DNA of 63,742 nt, filler included, from Perkinsus chesapeaki ATCC PRA-425 (GCA_013115145.1; 14 parts of 14 records of this genome joined end to end with filler, not necessarily neighbours in it), one strand, 5' to 3'. Positions 1-11,660 are shown, counted from the whole stretch's first letter. Notes: generated by a model not told the origin, from the sequence alone. Translations and numbers: made by a program.

Positions 1-140
1 TAATAATCACAAAGGACCAATAACCAAAGTTATTGATAATTACAAAGGACCAAGAACCAAACTTATTAATAATCACAAAGGACCAATAACCAAAGTTATT
101 GATAATTACAAAGGACCAAGAACCAAACTTATTAATAATT
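1..140. repeat. 66-bp tandem repeat (about 2.1 copies, built from about 33-bp subunits)
   Basis: TAATAATCACAAAGGACCAATAACCAAAGTTATTGATAATTACAAAGGACCAAGAACCAAACTTAT occurs at 1-66 and 67-132; a third copy starts at 133. Confidence 0.9.
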
Positions 141-297
141 ACAACTAGTTGTTGTACAATGTTGATCATACTACTACCCTCTCTTGTTTCCAAGACTCCC
201 CCGCCCATTCCCTCCTCCAGCCCCCCCTCCGTTAGTATAGCTCAATTCCATCCACTACATGTTGAAACAATGCATTTGATTAAGATATTGGTCATAT

Positions 298-2091
298 CTA
301 ACCCCCACGTTGTTGCATCTGATGTAAGTTATCCGACGCTGCACACATTCCTGCTATCAACCCTAACAATATGACATTCCACCCGTACGGCGGAGCCCTA
401 CCCTACTACCCGACAGCTGTATTCTAGTCTGAAGGCCCTCTGCCATACGTAGACGACACATAGCGATCTCTTTAAGAAATCTAAAGTCATCACATACTTC
501 CCTGTCAATCGCCCTTCTCTACTCTATCTTAATAGCCTCCTTCATCTCCTCTGGTGCCAGATTTCTTACAACCCTCTCGAGTGTGCCAACAATATCGCCT
601 ATACTGTATCCCTGAATGATAACCACTGCATGGGATTTGCTGCCCATTAGAGGGCTACCTGCGCTGTTATCTTATCAAGCCTATCAAACGCCGATGCCCA
701 ATTATTATTAACACAGTCAAAGGCAGCCTTCTTAAGCTCCCCCGGCTGAGGCTGATCGCATACCTGCAATAGGCGAAAGTGGTCCCATGATGGGAAGGAG
801 TGTTAAGAGAAAGAGATCGCCACCAAGTCGACATTACTGCAAAGCCTCTAACGAGACAGCTCGTAGCAAACTAGGCACTCTTGCCCCGGAGTAATCAAGG
901 GAGAATTACACCGACCGAACCGTATGAGAACAACTCATGGGAGAAGAACCTCATATAAGATATCCAACGAAACTGGCGGAGCGTTGCCAAACCTGATTCC
1001 CATTATAACCTTGAACACATTCTCCTTAGTAACAGCTCCAAAGCCAGTAGCTGTAGACTGGAGGTTGTTGAGGGCTGCTCTCATATCCCCCTCTGCAGTA
1101 AAGATAAGGGCCTCTAGTCCATCATCATGAAGATCCACACCTTCCTCTACAACAGCAATGCTATATTATTATTAACCACAGCCCAGCTACTAGGGTACCT
1201 TTGGCAACTTTCTTAACTTGGTAAAGTATATCAGAGTCCTTCAGACGACTAAACCTCACAATAGCGCATCTCGACTGGCATGCAAGATAGAGCCTATTGA
1301 ACTAGCCTATTAACCTACTTGTATCGGTTCTATTATTTTGGTGCTTTGATTACAAGCCAAAGCAAAGCGTGTAGTGGCTGAGTGAATCTCCATAGTGCGT
1401 CGCATAGCCTAAGATACTTCCAACCTCAAGGATATGTCCCCCCTTGATACAATGCAGAACTACGTAATGCCAGAGGCGTCCCTTCTACGAAGATATACAC
1501 CACATTTCCACAGTAACATGGAAATGAATTCCTTCCTGGTTTAGTTTTCCTTACCTGTTGAGCTGCCTCTGTCATGGAATCTGCCTCGTCCAATATAACT
1601 ATCTTTTGCTGGCAGCCTCCAGTCGGCATAGATATCTTTTGCTGTGCGAATGTCTTTATTCTATTACGTACCTAATCCACTGTGGTAACCACTACCCTCT
1701 TACTACATCTCTTACCACATCAATGCCTCTATCATCCGATGCATTAAGCTCTAGTACAGCAGTCTTAACCAGGTCGGTCCCTAATAGTGCCCTTGCCAGG
1801 CACATAACACTAATAATAGCGCCAGTCCAAGCTACTATCCTACTACACCTTACCTGGTAGTCTTGCCGCATCCTGGTGGACCAGAAAGCAGGAGATTAGG
1901 CATATGACGGTCTTCGGCCATGGCTCTGAAGGATGATAGCTCCTTGGGCTTTATTGGACATGCTACCACCTCAGTCTCTGCATAGCTGGCTCATTACCAA
2001 CAATATCGAATAGATCAGTTGGCCTATATTTCTCAACCCATGGCAGGCCTGGGGTAGGTAGGGGAGTCGAAGATGATGATGAGGACGACAT
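298..2091 (-). CDS. RFC2: Replication factor C small subunit (human RFC2 / yeast Rfc4 type), multi-exon
   Basis: Spliced exons read [50 protein letters not shown] (Walker A), [16 protein letters not shown] (Walker B), [28 protein letters not shown] and [18 protein letters not shown] at 2091. The last exon and stop at 298 are less certain. Confidence 0.93.
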
Positions 2092-2144
2092 CAACTCAAG
2101 ACGATGGAAAGGCGGTAAAAAGGAAAATGGACTGTTGATAAAAG

Positions 2145-2170
2145 TACCCTCGCCGGGGATCGAACCCGTG
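2145..2170 (-). other. tRNA 3'-half-like fragment (T-arm/B-box), not a complete tRNA
   Basis: Minus strand reads CACGGGTTCGATCCCCGGCGAGGGTA followed by CTTTT. It has a TTCGATC loop with 4 of 5 stem pairs. No matching 5' acceptor strand or D-arm upstream. Confidence 0.45.
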
Positions 2171-2244
2171 CTGTCAGGACTACGAATAAGACCCGACCCA
2201 AAGATGTACTGCTAAACCCAAGAACAACCAAGATATAGACACGT

Positions 2245-2344
2245 NNNNNNNNNNNNNNNNNNNNNNNNNNNNNNNNNNNNNNNNNNNNTTAATTAATTAA
2301 NNNNNNNNNNNNNNNNNNNNNNNNNNNNNNNNNNNNNNNNNNNN
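2245..2344. other. Artificial contig spacer (first of 13)
   Basis: 44 N + TTAATTAATTAA (stops in all six frames) + 44 N. The others are at 4884-4983, 7352-7451, 10827-10926, 20574-20673, 30272-30371, 31895-31994, 53299-53398, 54526-54625, 55930-56029, 57089-57188, 61387-61486 and 62546-62645. Confidence 0.99.
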
Positions 2345-2399
2345 GGCACGTAATGACCAGCTAGATAAATCTGGAATCAATCAATGCTAGAGGAGACAC

Positions 2400-3101
2400 C
2401 TCCCCTCAACAGGGGGAAAATATCGTGCAGAGGCTCTTCGCAACAGTTTCATCCTCGGTCCCGACTTAATGGTTGGGTTGGTATCGGCCAACCGAATCAA
2501 TCCGGGCTATAATGCTTGAACGCTCACCTGCAGAAATCCGAGCATGCCGTTATTTCTCCATCGGATTCTCCTTAAAAGACCAAGCGCAGTGCCGTTATTA
2601 TCCTGACGGAACTCTCCCTTGAATATCTTAGAAGAAAATTGAGTCCTGTAAAGGCGATGTTACCTTACACTCACAGTTAGCTGCTTTTTTAAATGCATCT
2701 TGACCCGCCCATTTCATTTATTCTAAAACGCTCTCATACCCAATCCAATTACAAACATAATCTTGATCGCCAGCATAGAGGAGGACTTGACGCACCCGAT
2801 ACTGTTACTGGGAACTAAGAGAGCCAAAATGCTTTAGTGTAATAATTCATATTCTCCGTCACACTTACTTTAACTTCCGCATCGAGTAGATCTGGTAGTA
2901 GAGTATCGAAAGGAGCAATACGATCGAAGGAGAAGTTCCCAACCTGCAAGAAACAAGCCCAAGTTGTACCAAGGTTATCAATGGAGAGAGTTTAAAGCGA
3001 TGCAGGCTCACTTGGGACCACTGGGCAAAGGGTTTTTTGACTCCCAGTCTGGTTTGCACACGCTTACTGTTCAAGAAGCGCCCCACCTTAGGAATCAGCA
3101 T
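2400..3101 (-). pseudogene. Serine carboxypeptidase S10 pseudogene (3'-half duplicate)
   Basis: Exons read FLNSKRVQTRLGVKK, NFSFDRIAPFDTLLPDLLDAEVK, VLLYAGDQDYVCNWIGYESVLE*MKWAG (in-frame TAA at 2718-2720) and DNNGTALGLLRRIRW. The catalytic-His exon is degenerate, and there is no room for the N-terminal half before the neighbouring copy ends at 3324. Confidence 0.8.
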
Positions 3102-3323
3102 GGAGTGGAATCGATAGTATGATCATATATCTCCATACAGCCCTCATTTACTCAGGTGAATAATAACGCTGCACTGTTTATTAAGGTGAAACTGGGCTGT
3201 GATCCATTCAAGTGATAATCAATGCCTAGGAAAAGCGGAGTTGTTGCAGGTTATAAGCCTGACGCGCCTTACTTACTTAGCTGATGCCATTTAGGCATTT
3301 GGGCCGTTGTGATGAGCTGGGAA

Positions 3324-4883
3324 TCATAGTTCTGCCCTCAACTCATCCCGCACTCTCGGATTCAGCACGACAGGTGTTGGTCCAAGAACTCCACTTATGA
3401 AGTCGTTTATCATCAGCAGAGCTCCTTCCGGTTGATCAGTAGGTACTAAGTGGCCTGCACGGTATACCTGAACTTGGTAGTATCAAGCTTGGGCAACTTG
3501 TTGGCTGGGACACCAACCTGGTATGGCAGGCCAAAGTGAACACAAGTGAACAGCGGCATACAGCGATCTGCGTGTTACCTGGAAAAAGCCAAACATGCCC
3601 TTCTCTTTCCATCTGATACTTCGAAGTAGACCAACAGATGTTCCATTATTATCCTGAGAGGAAGACTGAGAATCCTTAAAGTCCCAAGGACTGCTTAGTA
3701 GTAAATTTCAATACTTTGCTGCGGCAGGCAGCGTTATCGCGACACCAGTTACTAGCCAATGCCTTGAGGAACATCACCTCATATTCATAACGTGATGCCA
3801 TCTGGAATGCATCCCGGCCAGCCCATTCCATCTGCTCTGCCACTTTTTCATATCCGATCCAATTGCAGATATAGTCTTGGTCACCAGCACAGAGAAGAAC
3901 CTAAAACTCTCAGTGTGGCAGGGCAGACTGGAAAAATAAATAAGTGTTCGCAACTGTTCAATACCAAAGGATCGCCCGTGCCTTGAAGTGCAAGGCTTAA
4001 ACCTACCCTGATTCCTGCCTCAATGAGGTCCGGTAGAAGGAAATCGGAGGGCATGATAGCATCTCGTGAGAAGCTCCCAACCTACATAACGGAGATCTGC
4101 GACAAGCCAAAAGTCGGGTTAGCTTACGTCAGAACACTGAATGAAGTGTTTCTTGACGCGGAGCTTCTCCTGTACATCCCTTCTATTCAAGAAATGCTGG
4201 AGCTGACCCAGAATGAACATGCTGCGACAACACTCAAAGACTAGGGTGGGCATCCGTCAGGTGGATGGTGTGATACCACTTCCGTCCGGGTTGATGATCA
4301 CCGGTGATCCATTCCGGGTAAAAGGATGCGCAATTTGCGCTGCGCAAAGCCTTGGGCGGGCCTTACTCTTGGACAGTCCTGAACAGTCGCCGTCCCCACA
4401 TGTAACTCTGAGATCGTATCTGATAGGGCCGTTAGATTGCCCAAGTTTGTAATGGCCCGAGGGAGAGTACTCGTGGATCTGCCTATTCCTTAACGGAGTG
4501 AATGCGGAATCTGTACACGACGATGAAATATAGCATCCCGATCCTACAAACAGTGCGTTGTAGCTGAAACCAAGATCTGCTTAAATATCACCCACCGCTT
4601 GTTTCAAGGCAATGTGAGATGTTCTTTGAGCACTCTACCATTTTCCTACTCATAATCAAGTACCTCGGGGGAACGTTTTGTATAGAGGGTGGTCTCATTC
4701 CTTACTCTTTGCGTGTAATTGCATGCGGAGCTGTACCACTCTGGAATGCCATCTCTGGATAATGTAAAACTCTGAGTAAGGTGTTCGTGAGCATCACTCT
4801 GATGGGACCTACTGAACAGCAGCCTTCATCCATCCATTTCCAATAGCAATGCCACGAAGAGGGATGTTAGGCTCGACTCCTCT
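3324..4883 (-). CDS. Serine carboxypeptidase (peptidase S10), 5' end lost in gap
   Basis: Exons read IPLRGIAIGNGW, YPEMAFQSGTAP, YDLRVTC, HFLNRRDVQEKLRVKK, LLCAGDQDYICNWIG (catalytic Asp region) and VYRAGHLVPTDQPE (catalytic His). It ends ...RVRDELRAEL* with TGA at 3324-3326. Confidence 0.9.
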
Positions 4884-5462
4884 NNNNNNNNNNNNNNNNN
4901 NNNNNNNNNNNNNNNNNNNNNNNNNNNTTAATTAATTAANNNNNNNNNNNNNNNNNNNNNNNNNNNNNNNNNNNNNNNNNNNNGAAGGACTTTGGGTTAA
5001 GCGAGAGACCCAATCTCGAAGACTGGTAAAGTGTAAACTGGAAGCTCTTCTGATAGCTTCCCCTCATGGGGACCAAGTTGGTTCCACCAGGCTCGAACCA
5101 ACCTGTCGGGTTTCGAACAGCGCCCAATCACTGGTAAAGGGCGAGAGACCGTCTCTCAGAGACGGCGGGAGCCGAACGACGAGAGTCCTTGGATCGCAAC
5201 CATCTCAAATCAGTGATTTGAAATCACCCACAGTCGACCTGTAGGTGATGACGAGAACCTCATGGAGAGCGGAGCAGTTGCCCTACCAATAATACTGATG
5301 GGTAAAGCCTTTACCGTAAAGGGATTCTGTCAGGATTCTATCTTGCGTCACGCTCCATGCGCCACGCTCATTATTCACAGTGGCTCCATTTGTCCGTTGA
5401 CTCATTTTCACAACCCCACTTCCGGGTCAAGCGCCTACTTACCACGTCCTACAGCAGGCGTA

Positions 5463-5912
5463 ATGTATTACTCTACTATGCTCATGGTCTTCACCATTAC
5501 CCATAGCAATGTGGCTGGTATTGAGAAGCCTCGTCGAGAGCTGTACCCTCCTCAGCCGTACGATGGCAAGTACAGGGTCGCTTTAAGTCTCCCTCTGCTG
5601 CTTATGGAGGTTTCTGTGGACTCGCCTCGGGAAGAAATTCGTATAATGTTCAACTGTGGTATCAGCAGGAGGCCATATGATCACTCTTTCCACTTTACAG
5701 TCGATACGGGAGAAGGGAGTACGACTCTGCAGATCGATGAGAGCTCGGCCGACTATCGCGAGATGCTCGATAAATTCAAGCATTTCTGCCCCGCCTATTG
5801 TACCGGAGATTTCCTTCCGGGAAACCTGGCGAAGTTCAGTGTTATACCTAACCGATTAGACGTAGATATCCCGAGGATTACTCTAGAGCTGGAAAAGCTG
5901 TCATTATCCTAA
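5463..5912 (+). CDS. Hypothetical small protein, possibly secreted
   Basis: Part of the 216-codon ORF 5262-5912. From the ATG at 5463 it reads MYYSTMLMVFTITHSNVAG (signal-peptide-like) followed by a beta-rich-looking domain of about 130 aa. No family recognised. Confidence 0.5.
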   Translation: MYYSTMLMVFTITHSNVAGIEKPRRELYPPQPYDGKYRVALSLPLLLMEVSVDSPREEIRIMFNCGISRRPYDHSFHFTVDTGEGSTTLQIDESSADYREMLDKFKHFCPAYCTGDFLPGNLAKFSVIPNRLDVDIPRITLELEKLSLS

Positions 5913-6763
5913 CACCGTGATACATTTATTTCCCTTCATCTCATTGTTCATCTACAGTGGAACAGCTAGCATTGATTCGTGATCGATTCCATTCAGTCAC
6001 GGCCGACTCTAGGCTGATAGACTTGCGGACTGAGTTCATGTTGAGTTGAAATAGTTGTGAACACAAGTGAAGGACGTTCGATGAAGGTTCCTTACGATCA
6101 GTAATGCACCGCCCATTGAGAAGCTCACATCTGCTCCGGTCTGGAGCTTCCGGATGTTGCTCGTGTTTTTAGTAAAGTCTGCCTTAGAAGAGAGGAACAT
6201 CAAATTATCTCCCACAGTACAATGTTAAGACATCTTTCCTTAACTAACGCCTCCAACTTTGGAAGTCATTAAATAGGAACTTGGATTGTATACTAACCAA
6301 TGTTACCGTATACTTGACTAAGACTGCGGCACGTACATACGATTTCGCACAGATAGACTCGTACAAGCATGAAAGGTATCCCGAGGGGCGCCAGGGGTCT
6401 GATTGATAAGTCAACGCTTGAAATGTCTCAACAGGTTCTTAAGAGGGAGTTGATGAACAACAGCTGACCGGTTGCTGGTGGAACGCACGAACTCGACAGT
6501 TGCCCAATCTTTACCGATGTAGTTATATAGATGCCCATGGTTCATGTATTTCTATCCTCGAATATTCAGAATGTTGGGACGGTATAACTCACTGACGTGA
6601 GGAACTCAACACGGTTAAGTGAAAATGAATGTTCTTAATGATACGGTCTCATCAATTAAAATCAATGAGACGTACATTATCAAAGAAGTTCGATGGCATG
6701 CCAAGCATGCTGGTGCTATGAATCAACCCATTTAAGTAGTATTACCAGATGCGCAATACGTGA

Positions 6764-7135
6764 TCAGCGTGAGCTAGGTAAAACACGCTTAAGGGGCACG
6801 TTAACATGTCTAAAGGAAAAGTTGATGACATCTTCATGGTACGGCATCCACATCCATTCGGTCTCATTGGTGGAGAAGTTCTTAGCGAGTTGATGAAGTA
6901 TGGGATAGTTAGTAGTATTAATAAACAACATAGATTTATTCGGCATACTGTATGATAGATCATCAACCTCAATTCCGGTGAAGTTCCATAAAAATGTTGT
7001 GATTCCCCACATCTCGACCTTTCCTTGCGCAGAGGGTTCATGATCAAATATAAGTTGAAAGGTTTTCAAGTCTCTACTGTCTCCTTCGAAGGCTACCTGC
7101 TCTTGACTAGTCAGAGAGCAGGCCAATAATAGCAA
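6764..7135 (-). CDS. Hypothetical small secreted-type protein or pseudogene
   Basis: Open frame with a hydrophobic start (LITSFALLLLLACSLTS) and several N-x-S/T sequons. There is no in-frame ATG before the upstream TGA. Confidence 0.35.
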   Translation of the reverse strand: MLLLACSLTSQEQVAFEGDSRDLKTFQLIFDHEPSAQGKVEMWGITTFLWNFTGIEVDDLSYSMPNKSMLFINTTNYPILHQLAKNFSTNETEWMWMPYHEDVINFSFRHVNVPLKRVLPSSR

Positions 7136-7453
7136 TAATGCGAAGCTTGTGATCAGCTGTTGTCAGGCGGCTGTCGTCGACACCGTGATAGAACTCAATG
7201 TCAGACTTGGTTAAAGAAGATGGACTTTTCGTTTAGGGGCTATCTAGAGAAGCGGAGTCGCTTCTCTTACAAAAGTGAGACGAGACAACTAAGGATAAGA
7301 AACGAACTCAGGATCGTCAAAACCCTCAGCCCGGACTGGAAGCCAGGACAANNNNNNNNNNNNNNNNNNNNNNNNNNNNNNNNNNNNNNNNNNNNTTAAT
7401 TAATTAANNNNNNNNNNNNNNNNNNNNNNNNNNNNNNNNNNNNNNNNNNNNTT

Positions 7454-8530
7454 CTCAGCCACCGCGACGTGAAAAGCTATGATAATGGCGTCATCATTCT
7501 GGCACCACCGGGGCAGGGGACCTCGTGGGTATTCGATAATTTCAAAGAAGGATGGCCAGCTGATCACGAGGACGTTATTATCCAAGCCGACTACTGGCAT
7601 CCCTACTGCAATGAAATGTATCGTCATGAGTTATCTATGGTGTTTAGTGCAGCAGAAGATGATACTAAAATCGACTTGCTCTCGTTGGATTTCAACGATC
7701 ACGCTTTAGATGCCGCTGTGAGGCTGCTGACTCAGGGTGGTGAAAAACTTGTTGTTACCAAAGAAGTGATGAACTTATTTAGAGTGATTGACCTTGCCGA
7801 GCTTAAAGGGCACACCATTCTCTTGCTCTATCGCAAATTGCGATTCGCAATCGTAAACACACCTTCCCGATGAGCAACCCGCCGTGTCGTACGTGCTTTT
7901 TATGAGGCTCTACGAGAGTCCTTGCTAGCGCAAAATTATTCCCATCCGGTCATGGTCCTGGCTAAGAGGATAGTCGAGCCATTAACAGCAGATACTCCGG
8001 AGACACATGCTATGCTCCATGCTGTGTTATGGAGACTGATCCTTTGGAGGTTGCCTGATCCGCGCATCTTGGCTTTTCATGACCTTATCATGGCTGACAG
8101 CAAGAGGGCCTTAATCGAGGTGTACGAGAGAGCATGGTCACATGACGGGCGGCTTAAGCAAGTGGTTGACTTCGAGGCGATAGCAAGTCGAACTTTCGAG
8201 AGCAGGAAAAGTATTGAATGGTTGAGAAGTAAAGAAAGACGTTACAGCAATGTGGTGTCTGCCGAATGGGAGCAGTTCATTGGACTGGCGTTGGATAGGT
8301 TTAGGGAGATCGACCCCGCTACCGATGATAGTATTATACGAGACCATGTAACTGACGATTATCATGTTAATCAAAGATATCCGAGCTGGATGCGTTGCCT
8401 GTTTAGTTCGCAAGCTGTCAGAGTCGCCCGGCTCGCCCGGCTTTATTTACTACGTTTCCTACCGTCCAGTGTTGGCTATCACGGCCCACTCATAATGAGT
8501 GACTCATTCCTTACTGATACGCAACAATAG
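7454..8530 (+). pseudogene. Divergent protein-kinase-like intronless ORF with one in-frame TGA, 5' truncated by gap
   Basis: ORFs 7469-7873 and 7922-8530 share a frame, joined by sense codons 7874-7921 after the TGA at 7871-7873. The start reads LSHRDVKSYDN (HRDxK catalytic-loop-like), then VFDNF (DFG-like) and DYWHPY. Confidence 0.5.
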
Positions 8531-9649
8531 GAACTGCTGAATACGCTTGAGAAAGAGTAGCCCTTCACAACGACAGATTTATATTATGAAACTCATAATG
8601 GTACATTTTCCCGTAATAACGAAAGAGACAGACAATACTATTGTCACAATAGATCTGAAGGCAATTGAATTATTATTCCGCTCTTTATTCCTTGTTGGCC
8701 AGAAGGCAATATTACAAAAGTAGCATCGAACTAACATGGAACGGTCACGTCAACAGTTCAACTTGCGTTAGTGAACCAAATTTGCCTTTTGCGGTGTGGT
8801 TTTCAGTGGCCCTCTGAGGGCCAAAATAATGATACAGAGTGAATAGTGAGCGCTATACCGGGCAAAACAAGGCAGCACTATTATAAATCTACATCATAGC
8901 GCTCGATATACTGTATATCACCTACAAATCATGTCTGTCATTCAACATTGTGGTGCACTGTCTGGGGCAGCAGCCGGCTGTTGCGCCACTTGTGCCACGC
9001 AGAGTGCGCGGCTCTGCGCCTGCTGTCTATTCCTTCCCCTTCTGTTTGTCGAAGACCTCGAGATAGCAAGAACCTCGAGAATCCGGACGACCGCGTTGGT
9101 TCGTTCTGTTGTTACCTGTTGTTGATGGCTCGCTCATTCGAGACCCCGTTTTCCGCGAGTAGGGCCCCTTCGCCCACCCGCGCGATGCGCCGCGCCATGG
9201 AGACGCGGTCGTGCTTTGATTTCTCTATGTAACGATTTTTTTGTTCAACCGTTACTCAGAGCCTGATTCGAATATCACAATGGTTCATGAGGCATTAGAA
9301 AGAGCTCACCAAGTGCTCACCAAGTTGGTACCTTACTTCACTTGTAACTCTCACGCGCCAAAAAAATGAGGCATGGGCCCTTTTTTCGCATCACCCTGTA
9401 CGATTCACCTAAGATGTCGGTAGGTCTGATTACTTGAACCAGACCACCAAATGAGCGCGGGAAGAGTTCGGGATAGAAATGCTGTCACAGAATATCATCA
9501 GCACAGGAAGAGGTTGCGTGGCACAGCAATTGCACAAGTGCCGTTACCGGCACAGGGCCTCAAACTGGTATATAATGCATCATCGAACTCACCCCGTATT
9601 CTCTATTGTATTTTAAGTAGCAAGAGCGGTAGCTATTCCGTTCGAAGAC

Positions 9650-10552
9650 ATGAAGTCAGATCTCATTACTCTCTTTCACTACTTTGTACTTTCGAAGGCG
9701 CTCGATATTGAGTACCGACACTATGAGGAAGGCGATTGCTTTATTCAAGAGAGTCGGGAATTCGGCCAGTGTCGCTTCAGCTCTGATATTCCCTGCTACG
9801 TTGCGGTTGATAAGGAACTTCCTAAGGTGAGTATATGCCTTCGCCCTAGACTTTACTCATTCGACGGTTAGGCAGTTGTTGGGTTCATCTCGGTGACATT
9901 CGATCAGGAATTCACGTCCGACGAAGTTGCAGCCATCAACAAAAACAAGTAAGCTTTCCGCCATCATCTTGTTGTGAAGCTTCGTCATCATGCAAAGCCT
10001 CAATCAGGCCCCATCCCACGAAGAAGAGGAAGCTTAGCTACATAAATGATTCGGAGTCGGAGTCGGAGTCGTGAATTCTAGAGATACAACCTGAAATATT
10101 GTTTTCAAAACCCATTGGATGCCAAGCCCTACATTCCTGATCTATCCCATCGTCAGCTGCGGAAGTGTGTATGCTCCAGGTTGAGGTCGCCACAGCATAC
10201 GAAGGCAAGGGTATCGGGACATCTTTGCTCAACTACGGCATCAAACTGGTGAGCAGTCACTGAGTGAATTTCACTCTATAATTGTAATTATTCTTCGATT
10301 ATTGCGCATCGGCAATCGCGACTCTGTAATATCGAGGCACCAGCTTCGTGCTACTCTTGAGGAAATTAGGTCCCTCTCATATTTACTTACGTTAGAGTAA
10401 TAACCAAGTTTAACACACCAATCCGCAAGCCACCGCGGGAGTGAGTTGTGTCTTAGGGAAAAGATGCAGGAGGTTTTCTCGCTCTAACCTTGGATGTCGA
10501 CAAAACTAACCAGCGCGCGATAGATCTGTATAAGAGGATGAAGTTCATTTAA
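9650..10552 (+). CDS. GNAT-family N-acetyltransferase, multi-exon, possibly truncated
   Basis: Exons read CYVAVDKELPK/AVVGFISVTF, MLQVEVATAYEGKGIGTSLLNYGIKL (GNAT motif A) and LTLDVDKTNQRAIDLYKRMKF (motif B). TAA at 10550-10552. Middle exon junctions were not fully resolved. Confidence 0.75.
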
Positions 10553-11660
10553 GTGATAGGTGAGTTGAGTATCGGCTATTCCATGATCGTCGGGGAAAGA
10601 ACTCGAGTTCAGCATATCGAGGAAGTTTGCTGCCCCTTTCAGAAAAGTTTAACCTCTATCTATTCGCTTACTATTATTGAAGCAACTTCCTTGGTGAGCC
10701 TTCTCCGAACTGCGTACTGTAGCAAGCTCATTTGGCGAGTTGGAGTGAGCGACTACACCTTTTCAATCTCAAATTCGACAAACAAAAGAGGAAGTTAAAG
10801 AAACAAAAGGTATCTTTCATCGAACANNNNNNNNNNNNNNNNNNNNNNNNNNNNNNNNNNNNNNNNNNNNTTAATTAATTAANNNNNNNNNNNNNNNNNN
10901 NNNNNNNNNNNNNNNNNNNNNNNNNNTGATACCTTATACGTTTGAAAATTCCGATATTATATCAGGTTAACGAACATGCGCAGTCTGCGCATGCGTATTA
11001 GCTCTAACGCAAAAATAGTGGACTTTTCACACTCGTTGTGAATCGCTCACGCATTATCTCAAAGTGAAATTTTGCACAGTAGCATCCTTTTACAATAGCT
11101 ATCGATATGCAGAATATCACGAGAAATTAACGGTGAATTCCAACTTCTTACACCTAACTCCCCCTTTTCTGCGGCCGGTTGCTTCCTGCACGATTTGGGC
11201 GCGCTCTTTTCGGGGGCCCCTACCCCCGAGAAAGACCACGTCCTGCGGCCCCGAGAAGAGGCCAGCTGGGGAAAAAAGGTGAACACTTGCGTCCGCCGGA
11301 TGAGGCGCCCGGTCGACTAAGCACAAGTAGACGCAACACGCATAAACCGGTGGCCGTGGGAATTAGGCGGGCAAAGCGGCACCTGTCGTGCAGGATGCCG
11401 TAAACCGCTATTTCTGTATTCTCTTAGATGGTGGCGAATTTCCCGCTTCGGTGGTGACGTGGAGTGCAATTTCTATATCTTTCTCAAAAAACCGTTCATC
11501 ATTAAAGAAGAGGTCTTACCGATCCACCGATGATGTCATTTTGACACACCGGAACAACACCGAACAGCCGCAGGGGGATGATCGGAGATTCCGATTCGGA
11601 ACAACGGTGAAGAGATAACGCAATAGTTAGGAACGAAAGAGTAACAACACAGGCATGCGC

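Noticed and set aside
7871-7873. Selenocysteine codon
   Set aside because: No redox motif surrounds the TGA and no SECIS-like hairpin was recognised downstream.
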